DNA of 64,000 nucleotides from Lama glama (Eukaryota): contig CM052832.1 in the NCBI GenBank assembly GCA_028534125.1, positions 10,604,001-10,668,000 of the forward strand, in the 5' to 3' direction. Position 1 is the first letter of the stretch, and each line of letters starts with the position of its first letter. A program made the position numbers and the translations under genes. Under the pieces are notes generated by a model that ran no database searches, was not told the DNA's origin, and saw nothing but the letters and a program-made list of their open reading frames with translations. Below are positions 36,849-49,046 of this stretch, one piece after another.

Positions 36849-38359
36849 ACCAGCGACCCTGATGTACCTTGAGTTTCATCCTGGCCATGCCCTTTTCCCC
36901 TCAGGCTTTCTTGAATCCCTCCAGGGAAGAGCCTGTCTTTCAGGGTCTGCAGAACGCTGATCTGGCAGTTTCCCTGAGTGCACATGGGAAGGGTGCCCAG
37001 TACATGGGGGCGGGGTTGGGGGGGTAGGTGCCTGGGCTCTGGCAGATATGCACCCATTTACGTGCATAGACAGACAGGAGGCAGTGTCTTATATTACAGA
37101 TTTATGCAGCTGAGCCAATCCTGGCTTGCTGAGACACAACCACATGCCACATGTGCCTCCCTGTGGGTATCTGCGACAGGTGCATGGGATGTGTTAGCTA
37201 TCAGGACAGAAGAGATGAACTGAGACATTCTCCTTGCCCCTGGATTTAGCAGCTGGAGTACAAGCAGGAATCTGAAAATTTCAGTTCCTTCAGTGAGAAA
37301 AGCCCAGTAAGCCAGAGCCCAGTCCTACCTTTCCAGGAACTGGCTGCTGATTCCAGTGGGCAGAGAGAATAACCAAAGTTAGATGAGACCCTGGGCAGAC
37401 CCAGACCTTCTGATGCTAAGCCCGCAGTCCTGCTAGAGTGAGGACTCAACTACCTGCCACAAGCCTCGGACAAGTCGCATTACTCATCTGGGCCTCAGTT
37501 TCCTCATACGTCAAATGAGGGTTGCTGGGAGGTTCATACAAGGGAACATACTGTGCAAACAGTTGTTGCCACTGCACACTTCACGGATTCTGGTGATAAG
37601 GAAAAGTAAACGTGAGTGTGCATGCACAGGGTGCACACTTGTCCTGAGTCCCTCGCTAGGGTGTGGAAACCAGAGCCAGGCCAGGACTGGGTGGGCGCGA
37701 TCCTCCCAGCCCCCACCCCCAGCCCAGGGCCGGTGCGGCGGGGTTTTCCTCCGGCAGGCGGCGGGCTGAAGGTTGCACGGCGCGCTCCGCACGTGAGGCG
37801 GCAGCACTGGCTCCGGCCCCAGCGCGCAGCCCGGGCCGCCCGGCTCGCCTGGCGCAGGGGCTGCCCGCGCCGCTGGGCCGCCCAGCCCACCCTGCCGGCT
37901 CCCGGGGATCGAGGCCCGCCCGCCGCCCTCCCCGGCCTCCCGGAGCCCCTCCCTGCGGGCCCTGCTGGCCAGCGGCTGCCCTCGCACTGTCCCTTCGGGG
38001 CCCGCGAGTCCTCCAGTCCCTGCGGCTGTGTGGGTCCGCGCGGAAGCTGGTGCGCCGCGTGGCGGGTCCGAGGCTGGCTCTTGACTCCTGCAGCTCCGCC
38101 GGCCGCCGCTGGGGGCGGCCTCTCCGGGGAGCTCGGCAGGGACGGCGCGCACGGCTCCGGGTTCCGGGCTCGCGTGGTCGCTGGGCTCTCTCTCCGCCGC
38201 GGCAGCCGGCCCGGCTCCCGCCCGGCTCCGTGCGTGTGATCGCCGTGCGTGTGTGTGTGTGACGGGGGCGCGCGTCTGCGCGAGCGTTGGGGGCCGTGTG
38301 CATGCGGGGCGTGCGGGGGAGTGTGTTTGTGTGTGTGCGTGTGGGTGTGAGTGCCTGGC

Positions 38360-38376
38360 TCACTCTCGCTGAGACA

Positions 38377-38407
<31 letters not shown>

Positions 38408-38414
38408 TCACGCG

Positions 38415-38448
<34 letters not shown>

Positions 38449-38845
38449 ACCCGGCTGGCTCGTCTGAACTTGAAGACGCCCCACATTCCAAGATGCCCGA
38501 GGTTCCTGGGGTTGCCTGGGGTTCTTCAATCTGGAAAATCCTACCGGCATCCTCCTAGGGAGGGATTATCTGGTTTTGATTTTTTGTTTTTTGAAATCTG
38601 GAAGAGAACAAGTTGTGCTTTTTCCTCCCTTCTTGCTAAATGCCGTGGATATAACTGAATAAGCCGCTCAGGGCTCTCCGCGTGGACGTTCGAGGCCACC
38701 ATCTGCCTGCGTTCTCCGGAGCCGGAGGGCTTAGCTCGAGCCGGTCTCGGGCGAGGAAGGATGCGTGGCCGAGCCAGGGAGCCCGGGCGCCCCGCGGAGC
38801 CGGCCTCGGTGCCTCCCAGCCGGGGGTAGATGCTGCCTCGCCCAG
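38360..38845 (+). other. LRFN2: Non-coding first exon (5'UTR), likely LRFN2/SALM1; 5' boundary approximate
   Basis: Ends at the consensus donor CAG|GTGAGT (38843-38851). The text ...ccccacattccaagatgcccgaggttcctggg...gggggtagatgctgcctcgcccag matches my recollection of the human LRFN2 mRNA leader. The gene name rests on recall and needs BLASTN confirmation. Confidence 0.72.
38374..38448 (+). repeat. (CA)n-(CG)6-(CA)n compound microsatellite
   Basis: Read directly; alternating purine/pyrimidine with a single break at 38407-38409. Confidence 0.97.
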
Positions 38846-41277
38846 GTGAGTGGTCGCCGCCGCCGCGTCTCAGCGATCGTGGTGTCTGCGGGAGCTCGGC
38901 GCAGGGCTGAACGCACCCGGGGAACCGGGAACTTTGCATCCCTTGCTTTTTTCACTTGAGGACTCCCTCACCCGGGCAGTCGTGCGGGTACCCTCTTCTC
39001 TTTTCGCCCATCCTTATCGCCGAGGTTTCCTTTTCATTCTTTCCTTTTTTTTCTTACCCGATAGTGGGGGTGAAACTCTGGCCTGAAGCGGGGAGAGCGG
39101 GTCCGTGTGAGGCCAGAGAGCAGCAAGGAGAGACGAATGCCGCAGGTAGATGGAAACGTTGAAACAGCAGGAGAACTTTGCCACCAGACCACTCTGTTGC
39201 ATCTCCCCACTTGTGAGGCCTGGTTAGAGAGATTGCTGGGGGCTGGGTCAGACGCCAGGACTCCCTGCGCTCTGTGGGCTGGGTGGGGTGGGGTAGAGCC
39301 GGGTGTGGAGGGGTTGACTCAGTGCTGACGGAGGGAAGCAAGGCATCATTGCAGTTTAGGGAGGCAGGTAGGGCAGGCTCAGGGACCCTATCCCGTCTTT
39401 AGGTAGAAGGCAGGGAGATCAGGGGGATTGTATGTGTGTGCAGCTTGGGGCATCAGAATGGCATGATGAAGCAAGATGGAAACTGGCATTAGCCGTGCCT
39501 GGTTGGTAGGTCTGCCTCCCACCCAGCCCTGCCCTGGTTCTAAGGTTGGCCTGGGCTGGGAGGAGTAGGAGCTGTGGGCAGCTCGGAGGCTGGCAGTGCC
39601 TTGCTCTGCACAGACCCTAGGCGACGATGGGGTGGTGTGCTGCCCATCTTTCCAGTCATCCCAGTACAAAGGACATAGGCAGTGAGTTCGAGAGAGACAG
39701 AGCCCCTGAAAGCCAGAAACTGAAAGAGAAATAGGAGGGAGCCTGAGCAGAGACTGCAGAGGGACTGAGCCAGGCCAACACCAAGTGTGGGCTGAGATGT
39801 CCACAGACACCTGCAGGGAGAGAGAGCTTGTCAGAGCTCACACTCTGAGCTGGAGTTATAGGCATGGCTGTAGATGCTGACCCTCTGCCCCACAACAGTG
39901 GAGCGTGCACATGTGTGTGTGTGTGCATGTGTTGGGGAGGGGACCTCTGTGGCTGCAATGGGCTGATTGGCCTCGTGGGGACAGGGGAGGGGGCAGCTTC
40001 AGGAAATTGACCCCCCACAACTGGGGAGGAGCAAAGCTGGGCAGGAAACTGCCAGTCTCTGAGCAGTGAGTTCCCGGGGACAGGGCTGAGAGATTCTAGT
40101 TGGGCTGTTGTACGTGGGCGGGGGCGGTCTTGGAACTCATGGCTGGGAGGCCCAGGCGGGGGGATTGTGGGGAGACTGGGAGCACAGGACCCGGGTCTGG
40201 GGTGGTGTCCTGCGCCGGTCAATGCCCTCTGCGAGGAGCTTTATACAGCCACGCACAGCGGAGCCCAGCCAGCTGTGGGACTCGCTTGTGGGGTTCCTTG
40301 GAGGCTGAAGGGGGTGAGGGTGGTGCAGGGAGGACTCAGAAGCTTGTGAGGGCCTGCACCCAGAGCTGACAGCCTCCGCAAACCACGCCAGCTGCCCGGG
40401 CCCTTCTGCTGACGCTGGAATGTCGTCTCTCCCTCCTGACTCTGGCTGGGAGTGAGGAGTTCTATCTCTCTCCTCTGGCTCCTCATGAATGCTTTAGCTC
40501 AGGCCCCCTGCCCTGTCCTCAATTTAGAGTTTCTGGTCTAATTCCTGCCCAGGAATGTAATTACTTATTGTCCTGCCCTCACCCTGGGGAGTACAAACAG
40601 CTAGCTTGGCATTTTGGTTTCAGCATCTGGTGGTGCCTCTCTGGGAGGTTGGCTCCCAGCTCCATCCCCTGCTGGGCTGGCCTGGGCGCTGGGGCTCAGG
40701 CTCCTTGCTTCTCTGAGGTGCCAGTTCCTTTCCCAGCCCAGAAATCTGAGAAGATGGGGAGTGTGGCCTGAGATAGTGTGGGCAGGGAGCTTCCAGGAGG
40801 GGAGACTGAGGAGGAGGTGGAGGGTAGAAGGGGTGGGAAATGCAGATGAAGTAGGTGGGGCCACTAGGAGAATCAGGCAGCCTTTTGGCCACCCAAGCCC
40901 TGGTTTGGCTACAGTGGAAATCACCTTTGTGTCTCGGCTGAGATATAAAATAAAATGAGGGATCCAGCGGGGTTCTGGCCTCCAAGTGTCAGGCATGTCC
41001 AGTCTTTCCAGCCAGTTGGGTGGAGCAATTCTCCTTTAGAACGTCCCCTACCCTAAGGTGGAGATGAGTACTGTACTGTCATCTGGGGGCTTCCCATTCA
41101 GATGGGGGAGGTTTCTAGACTGAGAGCCAAGATGTAGAGCAAAAAACAACCAGAAACAGCCAAGTGGAATTATGTCCTGGGCAAAAGCAACAGCAATTTG
41201 AGTGTTTCACAGTTTTACTTCGGGCACAGTTGGAGTTCTAGGGTCCAGCTTATTTGAAGAGTCAGAGCTGTCATATA

Positions 41278-41746
41278 CAACCATAATTTGAAGAAATTGC
41301 AGGTTCAGTCCCAGGCTACTGCAATAAAGCAAATACTGCCGTAAAGCGAGTCACATGAATTTTTTGGTTTCCCAGTGCATATAAAAGTTATATTTACATT
41401 ATACGGTAGTCTATTAAGTGTGCAATGGCATATCTAAAAAAATGTACATACCTTAATATTTTATTGCTTAACATGCTAACCATCCTCTGAGCCTTCAGAA
41501 AGTCAGTAGTAATGGTCAAAGACCGCTGACCACAGATCAATGTAACAAATACAATAATAATGAAAATGTTGGAAAAATTGCAAAAATTACCAAAATGTGA
41601 CACAGAGACACAAAGTGAGCAAATACTGTTGGAAAAATGGCGCCAATATACTTGGTCGATGCAAGGTTGCCTCAGGCCTTCACTTTGTGAAAAACACTAC
41701 ATGGGAAGGGCAATAAAGTAAAGCCCAATAAAACAAGGTATGCCTG
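41278..41746. mobile_element. Tigger1-derived non-autonomous element (Tigger1a-type internal deletion)
   Basis: TA TSDs at 41276-41277 and 41747-41748; end ...aggtatgcctg; internal gcaataaagc...aaagcgagtcacatgaattttttggtttcccagtgcatataaaagtt matches the Tigger1 terminus. Confidence 0.88.
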
Positions 41747-43823
41747 TAATGGAACCCGCCCCCGGAGAGCCCTGGGTTCAAATTCTGGCTCTGCCACATC
41801 TTTGTTGGTTAACACTGGAGCCTCTGCTCTCTCGTCTGATGACAGGAAGTAATAGCACGTGCCTTGCTTGTCCTGGTGCTCCCCAAACCCCTTTGCAGAT
41901 CTGGAGGAGTGTTTAGTTGGAGGAAGAAGGTTTGGAGAGAGGGAGGGGCCCTCAGATACATGGAGGATAGTGCCCCCCAAGCCTCCCCCGCCCACAAAAC
42001 TGCCAGGAGGGTTTGATGCCATCATATGGAAGCTAATGGTTAGAAGACTCCAGGAAGCCCTCCAAGAAAACTTCGTGAATTGATATTTGAGAAGCAGATT
42101 TCACCTCTGGGGCTGTGGCACCTGCTTCCCTCCCTCCCTCTTGTTTGCTTTGGATTTTACAGCCACACACATTTGCTCAGGATGCTTGGGCTGTGTGTTT
42201 TACAAGTGTCATCTGTCGTCCTTTCCTATGTGAAGCTGGAGTGTGTAATATCCCCCAGAACCCAGCCCCTGCCTTTCCTCCCCAGACTCTGCTTCTTGCT
42301 GCCCCAAGAGTGGCCTCACAGGGACGTCCTCAGGGCCAGGCCAAGTGAATGGACACAGCTGCTGCTGGGGTCTGTGCACAGCCTGTGATTGGGACCTGGG
42401 TCCTGTCTGTGGAGTTGAGGGGCACATCCCATAAGGGAGAAGGGCTCGGACCCAGACATGTATGTAGTGGGATCTGATTAATGATCACCTGGAACAAGGG
42501 TGGAGAGGGAGGTCTAACCATCATGGGCAGGCCTACAAAAACAGTATATTCAGGGAGCAGGAAATCGGGTCCAGAGATAGGGACTAGGGAGTGGAGCCAT
42601 GTTCAGCCTGCTCAGGGTGAGGGCAATCAGGAGAGCTTCTTGGAGGAGGTGAGGATTTTAGGAACAGCAAAAGCCTATAGAAGTCCACAGATTTTGTTTT
42701 CTCTTACATTCTCAGAGGTCACTGAGAGTTTGGGGAATTTCAGGCATTGGGTACTGAACAAATAGAATAAATATTTCAAGAAATTTCTTAGATTATCAGG
42801 ACCAGCTCCTTCAAGCAACTTCTCATTTTATTATTATGTGCCAGACAGAGTGCCAGGAGCTTCACATTATTATCTCTCTGAACTCTCCCAGTCCTGTGAA
42901 ATTGCCTCCACTTTACAGATGGGAAAACCGAGGTTCAGAGAAGCTTGGTAACTGCCAGGTAGCTAGTAAGTGGCAGAGCTGTCCCTTAACTTTCATGTCT
43001 GTCTGAACTCAAAGCCCACACTTAGCTTTTCTGTACAGCCTCTGTCCCAAGGTGAGGATCAGTAGGCACCTTGGATAAGTGCCTCTGTAAGCCCTGCTGA
43101 CCTCCTGGCCTGACTGGGGAGGCAACTTCAGAGCCCTCATCACAGAGTCCTGCAGAGCTCAGCCTTCTTCTCCGTGGGCATCCCTGCCTGCCCTTCTCAT
43201 TCACACTCACCTACTTAAAAATTCCCATCAAACAGTCAGCGCCATCCTTGTGAACAGGATGGAAGATGGGCCATGAGGGTGAGCACTGGATTGTGAGTCA
43301 GGGGACCCAACTCTAACCATGCTTGTGACTTGGGTTGGGGGCAAGTCTCTTTACTCCCCTGAGGCCTGGTTTCTTCACTGATGAATCAGGATGCTAATGT
43401 CGATGTCCCAAGATAGATGTAAGAGCAGGGAGGCCCGTGTGAATGTGCTTCATGTGTTGAATAAGCCCTTCACACTCAGGATTATATTTGTGAATTCTTC
43501 CCAATTTAGACCAAGTAACTAAAATGTCAAATGCAATAATGCCCAAGTATGAGGGCATTACAAGTGGGCTTTAATGTATCAGTTTCATGTGGGACTGGAG
43601 TTACCTAATAAGATGACGGGCCAGGAAGGTGGACACTATGCCTTCTGGGAAAAGGGATGCTAGAGAACCTGCAGAAGAGGGGCCTTTGGTAAAGACAATT
43701 GTGTGGGATTGGTGGCAGGCAGCTAGGAGGGGACACACTGAAGCATATATCATTTACCTTTGTAATCAGGTGCCATCATTGAAGCTTTGGCACTGGAGAG
43801 GGCGGAGGGTGTTAGCCTTCGGC

Positions 43824-44047
43824 CAGTGTTTCTCAATGTTTTTTTTTTTCATTATTGCTCTTTTGAAGGAGCCTTTTTAGACACTATTTTTTATAACTTC
43901 ACCCCCCCATGAAATTTTAATGCCATAGGAATGCTGTGTATCTGTTTATGTGCTTGCTATGCAAAAAGAGTAAGCTGCTTTTTCACCCCTCCCAATAACA
44001 AATTTTTGTCCCCTTGGGGGCGCTGTTGCCTCCATTGAGAATGCATG
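43824..44047. mobile_element. hAT-Charlie-like MITE
   Basis: Imperfect TIRs cagtgtttctcaat / attgagaatgcatg. Confidence 0.55.
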
Positions 44048-44870
44048 TTTTAAGGCTAACCAGCTAGGATTAGAAAAGGAGGTTGATGTGACCCAGGGAA
44101 GATGATCCAGGAGATGGTGAGAACAGATTCACACTGGCATGCTGCTGCCCCGAGTATGGTCCATGGGCCAGTAGCATCAGCATCTCCTGGAAGCAGGCGA
44201 GTGATTCAAAATCCCGTCCCACTCCAGAACTCCTGAACAGGCACCTACATTTAATCAAGATGGGAAGTGGGGGCAGGACTGGATGCACTGCTGGGGAACA
44301 CAAGGTTAGACTGTGAATAGAAGGTCAAAAGAAAAGGGGTGAGAAGCCAGAGACCAGAGACAACTATGTGCTGGGTCACTTGACTTGTGAAACTAAGTCT
44401 TCATGCACCAAGCACATTTAAGCAGTGACATGTTTTGTCCTTGTGGTCTATGGCTCTTTATTTTTTTCTGGGTGATTTCCTTGCACTGTAGCTGCAAGTT
44501 GCTTGGAAGAAGTGGGGTCCTGTGGAGGGGATGCAAGGTTGTGCGTGGCCTTGCTTCCAAGAAGCAGAGGGCCAGGTGTCTGATTTGGACAGATCTGGGC
44601 CTGCTTTCTTGAATATCCCCAAGGGCCAAGGCTAATGGGGACCAGACCAACCCCAGGGACAGACTAGAACTGCAGAGACAAGAATTAGATGTTAAACTGT
44701 GTCAAACTGGATTAAGTAGCTAAGCTGGGCTCTTGAATCTGTCAACCTGCTTGGGGTTGTGTGCATAGAGCCTGGGTCTCCTTGTCGCAGTCCTGTATTT
44801 AGAGGGCAATCCTGAAACATGAAAGACTGCAAAATCCCAAAGTTGGGCTCTTTAGAACTCAATGCATTTA

Positions 44871-45186
44871 CAGTCGGCCCTCCTTATCTGTGGGTTTTGT
44901 ATCCATGGATTGGGTCAACTCCAGATCAAAAATTTTCAGAAAAAGAAAATGACAGAAAGCTCCAAAACCCAAAACTTGAATTTATTTATGTAGCACTTAC
45001 AATGTGTTTACAATTATTTACACAGTGTTTTTACTGTAGTAGGTATTATAAGTAATCTAGAGATGATTTTAAAGTACATGGGAGGATGTACATACGTTAT
45101 GTGCAAATGCTATGCCATTTTATAGAGACTTGAGCATCTGTGAATTTTAGTATCTGTCGGGATCCTGGATACCGAGGGGACAGCTG
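44871..45186 (-). mobile_element. MER2 (TcMar-Tigger) MITE
   Basis: TA-flanked cagtcggccctcc...gataccgagggggacagctg; internal ggtattataagtaatctagagatgatttt and gacttgagcatc match antisense MER2. Confidence 0.85.
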
Positions 45187-46509
45187 TATTATGGATGTGC
45201 CCTACATTAATTCACTCACTGGCAGGAGCTAAGCCACAGTCAGTCTGTCCAGACACAACATGATAAGCAGAACACTATGTCTCAACCCCTTTCCCTCTGT
45301 ATTTCCCTCCTGAGCCATCTCCCCTCAACACATCCTTTCCCTTACCCCCACTCTAGCTCTAGTCTAGGCCAACACAGAGAGGTCTTCCTCTTGCTTAATT
45401 AAGGTCTCTAATAAATTTCACTGGGATGCAAAATCTATTTGGTCCTCCCACATCCCCTCCCTAAGACTCACTTTCTACTCCTTTCCCCCAAAGCAAGCAC
45501 TCTCCTTCCTAGTTACCCTTCCTGATCTGTTCCCCTGTTAAGGTAACTTTAGTCAAATCAGTTGGAGTGGGGGTTTACTATGGCCCCCAACCAATATTAG
45601 GAGTCTTTGCAGGCTCCTACTTCAGACTAGTTGCAAACTAGGTCCTATTGTTACATGACTTTCTGGCCCCCCAGACAAGTGACATATGGTCACTCAGCCT
45701 GCAGGACTCAGAGGAGCTTGGGGAGTGGGCTAGGCTCAGGCTCTGGCTCGGGTCTTAGTGCCTGATGAGAGAGAGATGTGGGGGCCCAGGGTGATGGCAA
45801 TGGAGGTGAAGGCCTACTTGACTGTCTGAACTCCTGAAAACCCCTGGAAATGCCCCAAAGTGGCCATGAGATGAGTCCCTGTTATTCTAAAAAGGTATTG
45901 AAGATTCCTGGGTGGACAAAGTTGATCCCTTGATTCAATGTTCCCCTGGGATGAAGCCACTATACTATCCAGATAGGTCCTCCTGGGGCAGAAGGGAAGG
46001 AGGGTGGACAGCGACCTGGAGTCACGGAGGTAAAAGCTAGAAGCGCTCGTGCAGCACAGGGCACCGGGCTGTGGAGGACGCCCTGGAGTGCAGGGAAACT
46101 GGAATAAGTTCTCTCTCAGCTTTGCCTGGAGCTTGTCAAATGACTCAAGTCAGCCCCTCCCCACTCCTGTCCCCACCTGTAGAACAGGGCCAGAGTGCTC
46201 TCTCAAGTCCTTTCCAGTTCAGGTATTCGATCCTCTGATTTATAAATCATGAACCAGACTGAGTAAGGATGTATCTCCTGAGTCAGCCAGGCCCTCAGAG
46301 TGACTTGTCTGGGGTCCTCCAGCCTCCTCCTCATCTTGTTCTTTTTCCAGATGGTGCTGACCTGATGCTTCCCTTGGCTTGATGCCCTCTGACTGCCGTT
46401 AACTTTCCTCCAGCCCCAGTACTAGGTTACTGGGTTCAGTTTTGAATGACCAGGATCCCAGGGCTGTGGTATGAATGGAAGCGTCTCCTTCCTCCCCTAC
46501 TCCGACACG

Positions 46510-46630
46510 TCTATGCACATAAACACACTCCTACATGCTCACACACTTGTGCACGTGCACACACGCACCCACAAGTCCACACTCACATACACACACACCC
46601 ACATACTCACACTCTCACATGCACTCACGC
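46510..46630 (+). repeat. Degenerate (CA)-rich simple repeat
   Basis: cacacttgtgcacgtgcacacacgcacccac...cacacacacccacatactcacac. Confidence 0.8.
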
Positions 46631-48439
46631 TGCTTTACAAAGAGTATTTCTGTGCATGGTCTCCTATAGTTTCCAGAGCCCTCTGAGCTTGACAGGGCAC
46701 AGTTTGCCCTCCTTCCCATCTGGATGAGGAACCAGGCTGTACTGGAGAAAGTCCATGCAGGTAGCAGAGCCAGGGTGAGAACTCAGAATTCTGACCCCCT
46801 CTGGAGGTGACTATCACAGCAGGGCTGTCACAGCTCCCCACATCCACTACTACACTTGCTATAGGACAGCCCTTGGAGATGGGCAGGTATATTTTGTCCT
46901 TGTGTAAAAGATGGGAAACGGCCCCAGGAGACACTCACGTGCTGGAGGATGGAAGTCTCTGTCCTTCTCTGCCGGGACATGTGTGCACTACTACGGCTGT
47001 TTGGTGGTCATTCCTTCCTGGCTCTCAATCTGCTCTCCGGAACTTTGATTCACATCAAACCCCTCACAATTGAGAAATGCCACCCTAGGTCAGCCGCCTT
47101 CTGCCTCCTTTCCACTGAGGTGGAGTGTGGAAGAGGACTGGACCGTTTCTGTCCTCACGGGGTGGCGGTGGTCTTCTCATGACCCATTTCTCAGGATGCT
47201 TGTTAGGGTTCGAGGCACCATCATCATGAACATGCTTCCGCTCGCTGGCACCCTTTTCGTGGTCTCAGTCCGCCCTGCCTCTTGAGGCTGTAAGTTCTGT
47301 ACTTTGCTGCTGGTGTGGGAGTGAGGCTTCCTTTTACTTCTTCTAAAGTGCCCCATCCACCCCACTGAGCTTTAAGGTCTGGAGAACCTGAGTGTTTAGG
47401 ATTTGATAATCAAGCCCACACTCCTTCGTCCATCCCTTTCATGACTGGCTGGTCAGCAGTCCTCACCAATTCAGTTTAATTCAACAAGCAGTTATTGAGT
47501 GCCTACTGCATGCCTCCTTGCAGGCCAGATGCTGCAAAGATAAATCGTCTCTCTGAACTGTGTGTGCACACCACCTTCCACCACATCGATCATTTGACTT
47601 ATCCTCCTGTACATTTTCCAGCCCTGCCTGGAACACAGATCCTTCTTGTGCAAGACTTGGTGGTGGGGATAGGGGTAGGGGTGCCCAGCTCTGGCTTGTT
47701 TCTAGTGCCTTCCCTCACTTGCATTCCCATGAGTGCATGGGTGTGTGTGCACGTATGCTCAGGACTTGACTGAAGGTCACACACGATTAGCCGCTTGATG
47801 TAAAGCTGACCACGGTGGTGATGCTGGTGGTGTAGGGTGGTTAGGACCACTTAAGAAATGCATTCTCAAGCTGCTTTCCCCGATCCCTCCCCTACCCCAC
47901 TACTAAGCTGACATCTTACTGACTCACCCAAATGCAAACTGACTGGATGAAGAGATTTGGGGGTTGTGGTCCCAGTTTAGGGGCAGCTGACCCTAAAGGA
48001 ACCACTTAATCTTCCTCCTGGCCTGGTTACTTGCGTCACAGGGGCTGAGCGGGGAGAAGGGGAACTGAGGGGAGACTCTAGAATAGACATAAATCCCAGG
48101 CCCTCTGTCTAGTCACAGCTTCTAAGCATGTGACAGATGATGGCTATCCCATGGAGGGCAGGGTGGTTTCCCAGGCCTTAGATGGGCAAGAATCTAGGGC
48201 TGCTGGCAGAGGGGAGCACAGAGAGGCTGCAAGTAGGCAAAACAGGCTCCTTGCTCTTGAGAAGCCTTCCTTGGACAGGGAAAGGCCCACTCCTTGTCCT
48301 TGAGAAGTTTAGGTCTAAGAGAAGGATTGAGCAGAGAAACTTGAACATCATCCGGAAATGCTTAGGCCCTAAACATGTGTGGACACAGATCCTTCTTGTG
48401 CGGGGAGCATATGTGTCCTGGGCCCCCCATTCCTAAGGC

Positions 48440-48642
48440 TTACACTATGTGCTGTTTTCCTGGTCATGTGAACTTGAACAGGTTACTCTCTCTGTGCCTC
48501 TGTTTCCTCATCTGCAAAATGGGGATAATAACAGGACCCACAGAACAGGATTGTTAGGAGAATTCAGTGAATTGCTATATGTGAGGTGCTTGGAGCAGGG
48601 CCCAGCGCATGGTGAACGCTGTGTAAAATGAGCTGTTGCTAT
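48440..48642 (+). mobile_element. MIR SINE
   Basis: ctctctgtgcctctgtttcctcatctgcaaaatggggataataac. Confidence 0.85.
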
Positions 48643-49046
48643 TCATGGTAGACAGACTAGAGGCATTACCCTGAGCATGAAGGGGAATGACTGTGCACCG
48701 GCTTAACTGATGCGCCTTTCCAACAACCACCCCTTAAACAGTACAGCACCTTGGGGAGTTTCATAATACGCTCCACGTGCTCTCATTTGGCCCTCCTAAC
48801 AAGCCAACCAGTGATTATACCCACTTTACATGAGAAGAAACTGAGGCACAGACGTCACTAAGTGGTTCCTGGTCCAGTTGGGCTTTTTTTTTTTAAATTA
48901 ATATTGGCAGAGGATTTTCCATTTGTCTGTTTTCTATGTCGTTAATCTCTTCTCTGTCATTTCATTATATATTTGATGGCATACTTAGGTATTCCATTTC
49001 TAACTTCTGAAGTTGAAACACCTGGCTCATTAATTTTCAGCTTTTC

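Larger units (their letters stand above)
37690..39110 (+). promoter_or_regulatory. LRFN2: CpG-island promoter of the gene whose first exon ends at 38845 (likely LRFN2)
   Basis: Very high GC and CpG over ~1.4 kb; E-box CACGTG 37790-37795; multiple GC boxes; spans a splice donor. Confidence 0.85.

Noticed and set aside
37511..38658. Long overlapping ORFs (up to 338 aa) on both strands of the CpG island
   Set aside because: They result from stop-codon scarcity in GC-rich DNA and microsatellites (CVCVCV, HTHTHT); no domain is recognisable.
44010..44025. CTCF-like CCCCTTGGGGGCGCTG
   Set aside because: It mismatches core positions and lies within a MITE; not supportable without a PWM score or ChIP data.
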